From Candidatus Omnitrophota bacterium (GTDB lineage: Bacteria > Omnitrophota > Gorgyraeia > JACQQV01), in contig JACQQV010000031.1 in the NCBI GenBank assembly GCA_016206785.1, forward strand, positions 35,860 through 99,859: a stretch of 64,000 nucleotides of DNA, in the 5' to 3' direction. Position numbers and translations under genes: made by a program. The stretch's first letter is position 1, and each line of letters opens with the position of its first letter. The notes beneath the pieces are model-generated. The model had not been told where the DNA came from. It searched no databases and worked only from the letters and a program-made list of their open reading frames with translations. Below, in pieces: positions 19,593 to 27,061 of this stretch.

Positions 19593-22500
19593 TTAGAGAC
19601 CGCGGTTTTCGCGATAGAACTTGTCAAACTCTTCGAGTTCCTGGCTAACCGGCTGAAGAATGACTGTAAATTCTCTTCCTCCGCTTTGAAGAAGTGCTTC
19701 TTTAGCCACTTGATCCATCCCAAAGATTTCAACCATTTCACGGAGGGCCAAGGCCCCATTGGCAACTCCTGATTCACCCTTTGCTGGATTTCCAGCAACG
19801 AGATAAGCGTAGAGGCGAACCCCTGCTCCCCGATAGAGAGCGACAATCTCTTTCGGAGCGATCAACTCACGAAGTGGGGAGCCCTGGAATTCCAATTCCT
19901 CAGCCACAGCTACAGGATCTGTGACATCGACCTGATCTTTGGTTAAAGTCACCTGGAATGCCCCACGAAGATCGACAACGCCATTGGAATCCTTAAAGAC
20001 CCCTGCAACGACCGCGTTTCCAGATCTCCCTGAGGTTGAGATGAGACTAAATCCAATTTTGGAACCTGAACGCTTCAGTTGACCGGCAAGATGCGCAATC
20101 TGTCGAGCGATTGTGAGATTATTAAGCGCCTCTTCGTAGACGGCCACCGTCCCCAGTTCTTGAGACTGGAGAATGGCGGACGACAAAGGTTGTGACAATG
20201 ACGGGAATGTTCTCGTCAAAATATCCCTCACGGACGCGACATCCGTTCTTGTACTTCCATCGGCAACAGCGATTGGTGAAGCCTGAACCTCCGCATAAGC
20301 CGGTGTCGCCATCGGCGTCGAAACAGGTATGCCAGCCGGCACACCCGAAAGAATGTGGAGCCAATTCGTCTCATAGACAGGCTGATTTGGGGAAAACGCT
20401 TCATCAAGACGTACCGCTACTTCATTCGCCCGCTGTCTTTCTTCTGTGGTCATCTGACGTAAGATTTCCCCTACGGCATCCCGCACCGGCAAATCTACTC
20501 CTGAATTTTGAGAGGTAGTAAGAAGAAGTTGTGCAATATCGGAATCGCTACGCGGTTTGACCCCTGCAATAGCCTTCACCGCGTCCACACTTTGAAGCGG
20601 CTTCGCCTCTTTCCGCCCACCGTCCATCACTCCCGCGAGTTTCTTTGCGATATTGAGAGGCGTGTCAATCATATACTCCCTAAAATCAGGGCCGCGGAAG
20701 GCCATCGCCCCCGCTGGCGGTACTCCCATCCCCACAAGCCGCTCGTAGGCGCGAGTGACCCTTTCGATATCGACCCCCTCTTCTTTCATCTTATTGACCA
20801 CTTGGCGAGCTTTTTCATACTTGACTTCCTCCGCGGCAATCATTTCGAGGCGCTCCTGGGCATATTTCGTAAGAGTTGCATCGTCGTCTTCCGAAAGAGG
20901 TTTAAGGATCCCCTTTACAATATCCGCCACGGACCCGCCCTTTTCCACCTTCCGGAAAGTCTCCTTGTACTGACCTTTAAACCGGTCATCGAGTTCTACC
21001 AGGATATTCATCGCAAGTCTTCTGGCGATATCCTGCTGGGGGGTGAGCGTCAGGGAAAAAGTATTCAAGAGTTCATAACTGGTTCCGGCAAAGAGCCCTT
21101 TCTGCACCACGTGTCCTTCGCGCGCCACGTCCACCATTCCCGTTTCCTGAAGATGGGTGTCGATTTCATCCAGAATCTCAAGGACCTTGTCGAATTTCGC
21201 ATAGGCCGAATAGAGTGTGAACAAATGATCAAACACAGTAGCCATGAGGACTCCGGAGAGAGAATCATCCATCATGGGAAGAGGAATAACGATAGTAGCA
21301 CTTTTGCGAATCCGTTGGTCATTGGCAAGAGATTCATCCACAACAGCAATAACATTTCCTTGGGATCCTCCTTTATCCAGAGGTCCGATACGATCGCGAA
21401 TTTCCCCGAGAGCCTGAACCATCTGTTCCGTGTAACTATCTTTTCCAATATAAAGGATAGTGGTCATCCCGGGTTTTAATTCTGCATAAGGGCCATGTTT
21501 CCCGACATTCGCAGGATAGTTTTTGACCCGTTCATGACGGAGCACTTCCTGAAGTTTCAAGCGGCTTTCTGAAGCGACGACCGCGTAGGAACCCAGCCCC
21601 TCAAACCAGATAAAAGGATTGTCTTCTCGACCAAAAGTGGCTTGGACCGCAGTCATTACTTTTTCAAGAAGGTCGGGGTTCACTTTTCCTCTGTCATCAA
21701 TAAAGATTTTGCTCTGGAGGGCATCGACAACGTCATACAGCCTTTTGACGATGACTCTTACCTGATCCTCTGTGACGCGGTTTGTCTTAAGCATGAAGTC
21801 AGTCAACTGAAGGGTCATTGCGATGATTGCGCCTGTCAGCGATCCTGTCGCGGCAACGGAATTTTCAAAGGTGTTGATCGTGTGTACGCTGTGCGGCGTC
21901 TGGTCCTGGGCGCGGGCTAAGTTATCGATCGGGCTTCCCGGTACGTTGGTAAGTACAGAGACCAGGATGCGATCTTTGGGATTCTCAACTTTTACATTGA
22001 TGTCTTGAATCATTTGAAGCGCCTGCTTTGTTTCTTCGGTCGCTCCACTATTGGAGACACCGATCACCAGATGGCGAGGACCCTGGTGATCGGCATTCTT
22101 CAAAAAATCCTCATAAGAAGCGAGTTCCTTGGGAGGAGAGACCTTGAAATCAAAACCGTTTCGGGGGTGAATGGGAACTTCAAGAACTTTGTCGAAGATA
22201 GAAGCAATCGTCTCGGAGAGATGGGCGCTTGTTCCAACACCGACGAGCCAAATATGACGGATGTTCTTGAGGTCCTCGGCGCCGTAGTTCAGCTGATGAA
22301 GGTAAGGCAATCCATTTCGCGTCAGAGAATTTAATGTTCTCCTCCAAGCGACTCTTTGTGCAAAAATTTCCTGTTCAAGATAAGTGTCCCGCCCGCGCTC
22401 GAGACTTTCAAGATCCACCTGCGGTGTTAAAGTAGGAGGGATGATCGGATCGCCTGTGATATAATTTTTAAATTGGACATCGGTCCCTTTCACGGTGACA

Positions 22501-24008
22501 ATTTGTTCCCGGCCGACGTCACGGACACTGACAATTCCTCTTTTCCAATCCCGGAGTTGCTGAGACAGCTCGTGCTCAGGGTCTTCTGGAGGGGCAACGG
22601 GGTACGGTTCCCCCGTGATACCCGAGAAAGCACGGTTTTCGGACGCACCATAGAGTGCACCTTCTTTAGGAAGAGAAATGGTGATGTCTCCTCCCTCCTG
22701 GCCACGGGCCAATACGATATCAAACCCTGCGTTTGAAACGGCGGCAATAGCAAACGTTGAGGCATTCCCACCCCCATAAAATTCCTTTTGCGCCTGGTTG
22801 ACGAGTTTATTTCGGTCGATAGAAGAGGGGAGCTTCTGTGAAACCTCCTCCAAAAGCCTGTCTCGGAAACGGATATACTTTCCATCATAGTGGTCTGGAT
22901 GTCGCAATCCGTCTTTGATCAGATCAAAGTTATGCTGCCGAACTGCATCCAAGGTTTCTGTCTCTTCGAGAACTTTTAAAGTTTCCCGGACCAACTTTTC
23001 AGCAATGCCCCGCACTGCAGCAAAGGTACTATCCTGGGAGATCAGGAGGCCATGGGTATTATGCCAATCTTCATAATCCTGAACGATCCGAAAGGCTCTC
23101 TGCACCGCTTTCGTCAAATCAACGGAACCGTCAGACTCCCTCGTCGCCATAAGTGCTACCAAATTTGCAAAAATTTCAGAGTCGGTCTGCCCTTTGAAAT
23201 CGGAAGCGAGGCGAAAGGGGCTTTGGGTCCCCGGTCTGGTACTATTCAGCATGCGGTCTTTAAAAGCATCCGCCCCTAAGAAATTCCCATTGTGGACAAG
23301 TGCAACTTGAAATCCGATTTCATCATTGCGCGCCAGAAAAGGATGGGCATTTTCATCAGAAATCACACCAACAGTCGCCCAACGGGTATGCCCGATCCCA
23401 ACCTGTTCAAACTTCACAGTCTCAAGATTGCCGCCCTGCTGTGTAATGATAGCCTGATCTTTTCGTGGGTCGATAGAGACATTGGAAGCCGGAACATGGT
23501 AGAGCCGGGCAATGTCACTTTTCAGGCCCTGATGGAGTTCTGTGCGGATTTTTTCCCTGAGGACCTTCGCATTCCCGGCATACTTGGAAACATGAACAAA
23601 ATAGGCCGCTTTCCTGTCCGGGCCGGGGATTTTGGTTACAATTGCCTGACCGTATCCGTCGTAACCGCCACTTAACAGTTTTTCAGTCTGTGTCTGAAGC
23701 ACTCCAATGGTATCCTGCACGCCAGTGACAAAGCAGAGACGGCACTCTACAGGAGATTTCCGTAGATTCAGAATGTCGTACCCCCGCGCCAGTGATCCGA
23801 ACCGTTTTGCGAAGTCTTTCGCGAGCGGCTCCTCAAGAGAAACGCCTCTTAATTCATCGATTAATTGTTTGCGGTTTCCGTCCTGAGAGTTCATGAGGGT
23901 TGGAGTCCGGAGATGAGAAACTGTGTGGGGGCGAGAAGCCCATGCAACAGTAGAAAAGGTATTGGAAAAAAGGAAAAGTTGTACGGTAAGCACTGCGACG
24001 ATTTTCAT
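19593..24008 (-). CDS. ~1471-aa signal-peptide protein carrying a divergent GlmS (glutamine amidotransferase + two SIS domains) and an unknown C-terminal module
   Basis: GGAGGT RBS before ATG 24008; MKIVAVLTVQLFLFSNTFSTVAWA signal; GYDGYG, GIGHTRWAT, ENAHPF, VHNG, QTDSE, GVGTS, SNSGATEET, LKLQE, KHGP, PLNIAK; VMDGG border. Confidence 0.88.
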   Translation of the reverse strand: MKIVAVLTVQLFLFSNTFSTVAWASRPHTVSHLRTPTLMNSQDGNRKQLIDELRGVSLEEPLAKDFAKRFGSLARGYDILNLRKSPVECRLCFVTGVQDTIGVLQTQTEKLLSGGYDGYGQAIVTKIPGPDRKAAYFVHVSKYAGNAKVLREKIRTELHQGLKSDIARLYHVPASNVSIDPRKDQAIITQQGGNLETVKFEQVGIGHTRWATVGVISDENAHPFLARNDEIGFQVALVHNGNFLGADAFKDRMLNSTRPGTQSPFRLASDFKGQTDSEIFANLVALMATRESDGSVDLTKAVQRAFRIVQDYEDWHNTHGLLISQDSTFAAVRGIAEKLVRETLKVLEETETLDAVRQHNFDLIKDGLRHPDHYDGKYIRFRDRLLEEVSQKLPSSIDRNKLVNQAQKEFYGGGNASTFAIAAVSNAGFDIVLARGQEGGDITISLPKEGALYGASENRAFSGITGEPYPVAPPEDPEHELSQQLRDWKRGIVSVRDVGREQIVTVKGTDVQFKNYITGDPIIPPTLTPQVDLESLERGRDTYLEQEIFAQRVAWRRTLNSLTRNGLPYLHQLNYGAEDLKNIRHIWLVGVGTSAHLSETIASIFDKVLEVPIHPRNGFDFKVSPPKELASYEDFLKNADHQGPRHLVIGVSNSGATEETKQALQMIQDINVKVENPKDRILVSVLTNVPGSPIDNLARAQDQTPHSVHTINTFENSVAATGSLTGAIIAMTLQLTDFMLKTNRVTEDQVRVIVKRLYDVVDALQSKIFIDDRGKVNPDLLEKVMTAVQATFGREDNPFIWFEGLGSYAVVASESRLKLQEVLRHERVKNYPANVGKHGPYAELKPGMTTILYIGKDSYTEQMVQALGEIRDRIGPLDKGGSQGNVIAVVDESLANDQRIRKSATIVIPLPMMDDSLSGVLMATVFDHLFTLYSAYAKFDKVLEILDEIDTHLQETGMVDVAREGHVVQKGLFAGTSYELLNTFSLTLTPQQDIARRLAMNILVELDDRFKGQYKETFRKVEKGGSVADIVKGILKPLSEDDDATLTKYAQERLEMIAAEEVKYEKARQVVNKMKEEGVDIERVTRAYERLVGMGVPPAGAMAFRGPDFREYMIDTPLNIAKKLAGVMDGGRKEAKPLQSVDAVKAIAGVKPRSDSDIAQLLLTTSQNSGVDLPVRDAVGEILRQMTTEERQRANEVAVRLDEAFSPNQPVYETNWLHILSGVPAGIPVSTPMATPAYAEVQASPIAVADGSTRTDVASVRDILTRTFPSLSQPLSSAILQSQELGTVAVYEEALNNLTIARQIAHLAGQLKRSGSKIGFSLISTSGRSGNAVVAGVFKDSNGVVDLRGAFQVTLTKDQVDVTDPVAVAEELEFQGSPLRELIAPKEIVALYRGAGVRLYAYLVAGNPAKGESGVANGALALREMVEIFGMDQVAKEALLQSGGREFTVILQPVSQELEEFDKFYRENRGL

Positions 24009-24023
24009 CTCACTCACCTCCAA

Positions 24024-24096
24024 ATTCGGCTGGGGGTCTTTTGGGTCTCCACCTCTCACCTTGGGAAGAAGGAAGCCAAAGCCCCCGTCGCCGAAT
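24024..24096 (-). other. Long imperfect 5'-UTR hairpin just upstream of the RBS
   Basis: ATTCGGC...GGGGGCTTTGG pairs with CCAAAAGACCCCC...GCCGAAT. Confidence 0.55.
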
Positions 24097-24102
24097 CGAA
24101 AT

Positions 24103-24139
24103 AAAAAACCAGGTTGCCCTGTTCCTTTAGGCAACCCGG
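24103..24139 (-). terminator. Riboswitch expression-platform intrinsic terminator
   Basis: CCGGGTTGCC / GGCAACCTGG stem followed by TTTTTT; its 5' arm is the aptamer 3' end. Confidence 0.8.
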
Positions 24140-24200
24140 CTGTCTATTCTAGATCCAAGGTTTTGCAGTCCCACCCTCACGGATGGTTTGCTCTTATCTA
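24130..24200 (-). ncRNA. GEMM-I (c-di-GMP-I family) riboswitch, A20 variant (c-AMP-GMP-type)
   Basis: AAGAGCAAACCATCCGTGAGGGTGGGACTGCAAAACCTTGGATCTAGAATAGACAGCCGGGTTGCC matches GEMM-I consensus (GCAAACC, GYRA loop, GGGAC.GCAAA, GACAGCCGGGTTGCC). Confidence 0.85.
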
Positions 24201-24317
24201 GTGAACCATTCGGCTAAAAACAAATTCCGTTTCAAAAGAACTAAACTTATTAACCATTTAAAAAGGCTTAAGTTACGAACGAAAAAAAATACATGGACTC
24301 GTTCCCTTTTGTAACAA

Positions 24318-24346
24318 AGTATACCATTCAACCCGTAGGTTGTCAA
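24318..24346 (-). promoter_or_regulatory. sigma70 promoter of the riboswitch/giant-gene operon
   Basis: TTGACA-N17-TATACT on minus strand. Confidence 0.8.
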
Positions 24347-24377
24347 GGGAAAATATCTACCTATTGCGTCAACTAAT

Positions 24378-24436
24378 AGGGACGCTTTCGGATGCGTCCC
24401 CTGGGGACGGATTAGAGCCGAATTGGAAAACGTCCC
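24378..24436. repeat. GGGACG/CGTCCC double palindrome (REP-like; may terminate hscB)
   Basis: Two adjacent inverted repeats built from four GGGACG copies directly after the hscB stop. Confidence 0.45.
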
Positions 24437-25077
24437 TAATGGTGGACTCGCCCGCCGGTCTCGATCGATTGGAGGAGGTTCTTAAGGTAGGTGATTTCAT
24501 CTATCGTCTTGCGGATCGTCTTGGCAAGCGTTTTCTTCTGGGCGGGGTTGTTCTCTAAGTAATCCCATTCCTTTGTATAGGCCTCCAAGGAGAGGTGGCG
24601 CGTTTTCATTTTTGATTCAACCTCCTTCTTGGCTGAAGCAAGTTCCGCTTGGAGTGCCGAATCCTTCGTCCGTTTCTCCTCTTCTATCTTTTCCTGGATT
24701 TCAAAAATCTCCGCCGAAAGCGCGGGGTCTACCTTCGTTCTCTCTTTCTCAGGGGCGGGGACTTCAAGGTCAAGGAGATATTCAACCCGTGCGACCAGGT
24801 TCTTTAAGGTTTTATAGGCGTCGTTGAGAAGAGACGTTTTTTCGAGGCTATAGCGTTTCTCTTTGTCACTTTTCCCTTGAAAAAGATCGGGGTGGAATTT
24901 CCGACTTAATTCATAAAAAGTCTTGTCGAGAAGGGAACTATCAAGTTCCATCCCCCGAGGGAGCCCAAGGAAGGAAAAATAATCTTTTGTAGAAATCGGT
25001 TGGATTTTCTGGCAATGCTGACAGAAATGACTCGGACCCGGATCGTTCTGACAAGACCAGCAGAGAGAAGTTGTCAT
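24436..25077 (-). CDS. hscB: Fe-S cluster co-chaperone HscB with N-terminal Cys4 Zn-finger
   Basis: CWSC...CQHC, DYF, J-domain HPD, LNDAYKTL...RVEYLL. Confidence 0.85.
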   Translation of the reverse strand: MTTSLCWSCQNDPGPSHFCQHCQKIQPISTKDYFSFLGLPRGMELDSSLLDKTFYELSRKFHPDLFQGKSDKEKRYSLEKTSLLNDAYKTLKNLVARVEYLLDLEVPAPEKERTKVDPALSAEIFEIQEKIEEEKRTKDSALQAELASAKKEVESKMKTRHLSLEAYTKEWDYLENNPAQKKTLAKTIRKTIDEITYLKNLLQSIETGGRVHH

Positions 25078-25154
25078 AGGCGAGAACTTGTAAGGCCTCT
25101 CATCCCGCATAGCGGGATTCGAGGCCATTTTGCCACATCTTGCGCCATTCAAAA

Positions 25155-25233
25155 TGGCGGTCCCGACGAGATTCGAACTCGCGATCTTCAGATTGACAAT
25201 CTGACGTGTTAGACCGGGCTACACCACGGGACC
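25155..25233 (-). tRNA. tRNA-Asp(GTC)
   Basis: Cloverleaf GGTCCCG...TCAGA-TTGTCAA-TCTGA...TTCGAAT...CGGGACC-GCCA. Confidence 0.95.
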
Positions 25234-25248
25234 TCGCTCGCAAATTCA

Positions 25249-25327
25249 TGGAGAGCGCATTGCTCGCTCTCCAATGGGGAAAACTACGTTTTCCCCCTAT
25301 GGCGTCCGCCAAAGATCGTTGGCGGAC
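25249..25327. repeat. Three tandem perfect 9-bp hairpins between tRNAs (REP-like)
   Basis: TGGAGAGCG/CGCTCTCCA; GGGGAAAAC/GTTTTCCCC; GTCCGCCAA/TTGGCGGAC. Confidence 0.6.
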
Positions 25328-25418
25328 TGTTACCCCCTTTCCTAAACATAGAACAGTTTATAACAAAATCCGAGAGAATCGAATAATTTTTGACATGCTC
25401 AGCTTAGTAAGTAACCAA

Positions 25419-25495
25419 TGGTGGGCGAAACAGGACTCGAACCTGTGACCCCGTGGATGTAAGCCACGTGCTCTAACCAACTGAGCTATTCGCCC
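25419..25495 (-). tRNA. tRNA-Val(TAC)
   Basis: GGGCGAA...CGTGG-CTTACAT-CCACG...TTCGAGT...TTCGCCC-ACCA. Confidence 0.95.
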
Positions 25496-25776
25496 GTTCG
25501 TTTCAGTTTAATAAACTCGTAGGCGAGAAGTCCAATATACGTGCCGAAGAGTCCTAAAAGCCCCGCCCGGCGGCTCACCCATTTGGCGCTCACGATAACA
25601 AAAATTCCGGCAAAAAGCAAAAGGTATCGGGACGAGAAAGCCAGAAGAAAAGAAAGGTTCGGTTTGCGAAGGCTCCCTAAACGCATGACCCACTTTTTAA
25701 GGAGAAAAAAATTAAAAAAAGAGAGCCCCGCCCCAAAGAAAAGTCCGCCTAAAGAATAGATCGGTTCAGGGAACAT
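25486..25776 (-). CDS. Small membrane protein, ATP synthase protein I (AtpI)-like
   Basis: 96 aa with several hydrophobic segments and G...S..N..LL and RY.L patterns; TGATG coupling to pyrE. Confidence 0.55.
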   Translation of the reverse strand: MFPEPIYSLGGLFFGAGLSFFNFFLLKKWVMRLGSLRKPNLSFLLAFSSRYLLLFAGIFVIVSAKWVSRRAGLLGLFGTYIGLLAYEFIKLKRTGE

Positions 25777-26351
25777 CACCGGCTGAGTCCTCGACTTCCC
25801 GGCTTGGTCAAAGGGATCTTCTCCCTGCAGAGGGGGCATTCCCCTTTTGAAAAACTTTCCACCTGAAGTCGTAAAAGTGGCTCAAAGGGGACATCATAAC
25901 GGGCTTCGCCTCCACTTCGATCGACCAAGGCCCCCACGCCAATCACTTCTCCCTCCTCCGAGCGGGCAAGTGAAATCACCTCCTGTGTCGACCCTCCAGT
26001 TGTGACCACATCTTCCACGACAAGAACCTTTTCCCCTTTTCGAATTTCAAAATTTCGACGAAGTCGGAGAACCCCATTTTCCCGTTCTGTGTAAAGGGAG
26101 CGGGCCCCCAGCTGCCGCGCCACTTCAAAAGAGACGATGATCCCTCCTACTGCGGGGCCAATGACAACCGTCGCCCCTTTTCCCCGAAACCTATCCGCAA
26201 GCATCTTGCAAAGTTTCTCTGAAAGTGCCGGATGCTGAAGAAGAAGGGCGCACTGAAAATAAGCACCGCTATGCCGACCGCTCGTCAGCTCAAAGTGCCC
26301 CGTAAGATACGCCCCTGTTTCTTTAAATAGTTGTAAGGTGTCTTCACTCAT
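25776..26351 (-). CDS. pyrE: Orotate phosphoribosyltransferase
   Basis: GHFELTSGRHS, VVEDVVTTGGS PRPP motif; pyr context. Confidence 0.95.
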   Translation of the reverse strand: MSEDTLQLFKETGAYLTGHFELTSGRHSGAYFQCALLLQHPALSEKLCKMLADRFRGKGATVVIGPAVGGIIVSFEVARQLGARSLYTERENGVLRLRRNFEIRKGEKVLVVEDVVTTGGSTQEVISLARSEEGEVIGVGALVDRSGGEARYDVPFEPLLRLQVESFSKGECPLCREKIPLTKPGSRGLSR

Positions 26352-27061
26352 TGTATTTCCTTAAGAATAAGGTCTACCATCTCCAACGGATTTTGACTCT
26401 CAAGAATGGGGCGGCCGACTACAAGATAATCTGCGCCTGCCTCTATCGCTTCTTTCGGCTGGCTCACCCGCACCTGATCATGAAGAGGTGATCCAAGCGG
26501 CCTGATGCCGGGCACGACAATAAGAAAGTCTTGCCGAAGCGCCTGCCGCACCGAGTGGACTTCTGGGGGGGAACAGACAACCCCATCCAGGCCATTTTCA
26601 CTGGCAATCCTTGCGAGATGAACGACCTCTTCTTCCATATTCCCTGTAAGATCCCACCCTAAATGACCGAGCGTTTCCCTCCCCAAGTGCGTGAGAAGAG
26701 TGACTCCAAGAAGAAGGGACTTGCGTAATTTTCTCTGGGAGGCCTCTTCAGTGACCGCGGCCACACTCTCTCGAAGAACCCTCTCCCCCCCCATGATATG
26801 GAGCGTTAACATAAAAACACCCAAACGGACCGCCGCACGGCAGGCCCCCACAACCGTATTGGGGATATCATGAAATTTAAGATCCAAGAAAACCTCTTTG
26901 TTCTTTTGGCGGATCATTTCAATGACCGGCGTGCCCGCCGCTGTAAAAAGGGTGCTTCCTACCTTGAAGAGGTCTACTTTGGGAGAAAGTCTCTCCACCC
27001 ACTCCTCGGCCTCCTGAAACGTCAACACATCAAGTGCCACGATAAGTTTTGAAGGACTCAT
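26348..27061 (-). CDS. pyrF: Orotidine-5'-phosphate decarboxylase
   Basis: VALD, DLKFHDIPNT, PGIR, VVGRPI. Confidence 0.96.
   Translation of the reverse strand: MSPSKLIVALDVLTFQEAEEWVERLSPKVDLFKVGSTLFTAAGTPVIEMIRQKNKEVFLDLKFHDIPNTVVGACRAAVRLGVFMLTLHIMGGERVLRESVAAVTEEASQRKLRKSLLLGVTLLTHLGRETLGHLGWDLTGNMEEEVVHLARIASENGLDGVVCSPPEVHSVRQALRQDFLIVVPGIRPLGSPLHDQVRVSQPKEAIEAGADYLVVGRPILESQNPLEMVDLILKEIQ

Noticed and set aside
14330-21479. Long plus-strand ORFs (307, 396, 370, 323 aa) opposite the giant genes
   Set aside because: Antisense shadow frames with no recognisable motifs; the same applies to short ORFs overlapping housekeeping genes.
24009-24134. ORF-track N-terminal extension MPKGTGQ... 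including an FGDGG
   Set aside because: Runs through the riboswitch terminator and UTR hairpin; the strong RBS and signal peptide start at 24008, so this DGG was not counted.
24346-25495. tRNA-anchored genomic island or prophage carrying the giant operon
   Set aside because: No integrase, transposase or phage genes and no duplicated tRNA 3' end noticed near 1280.
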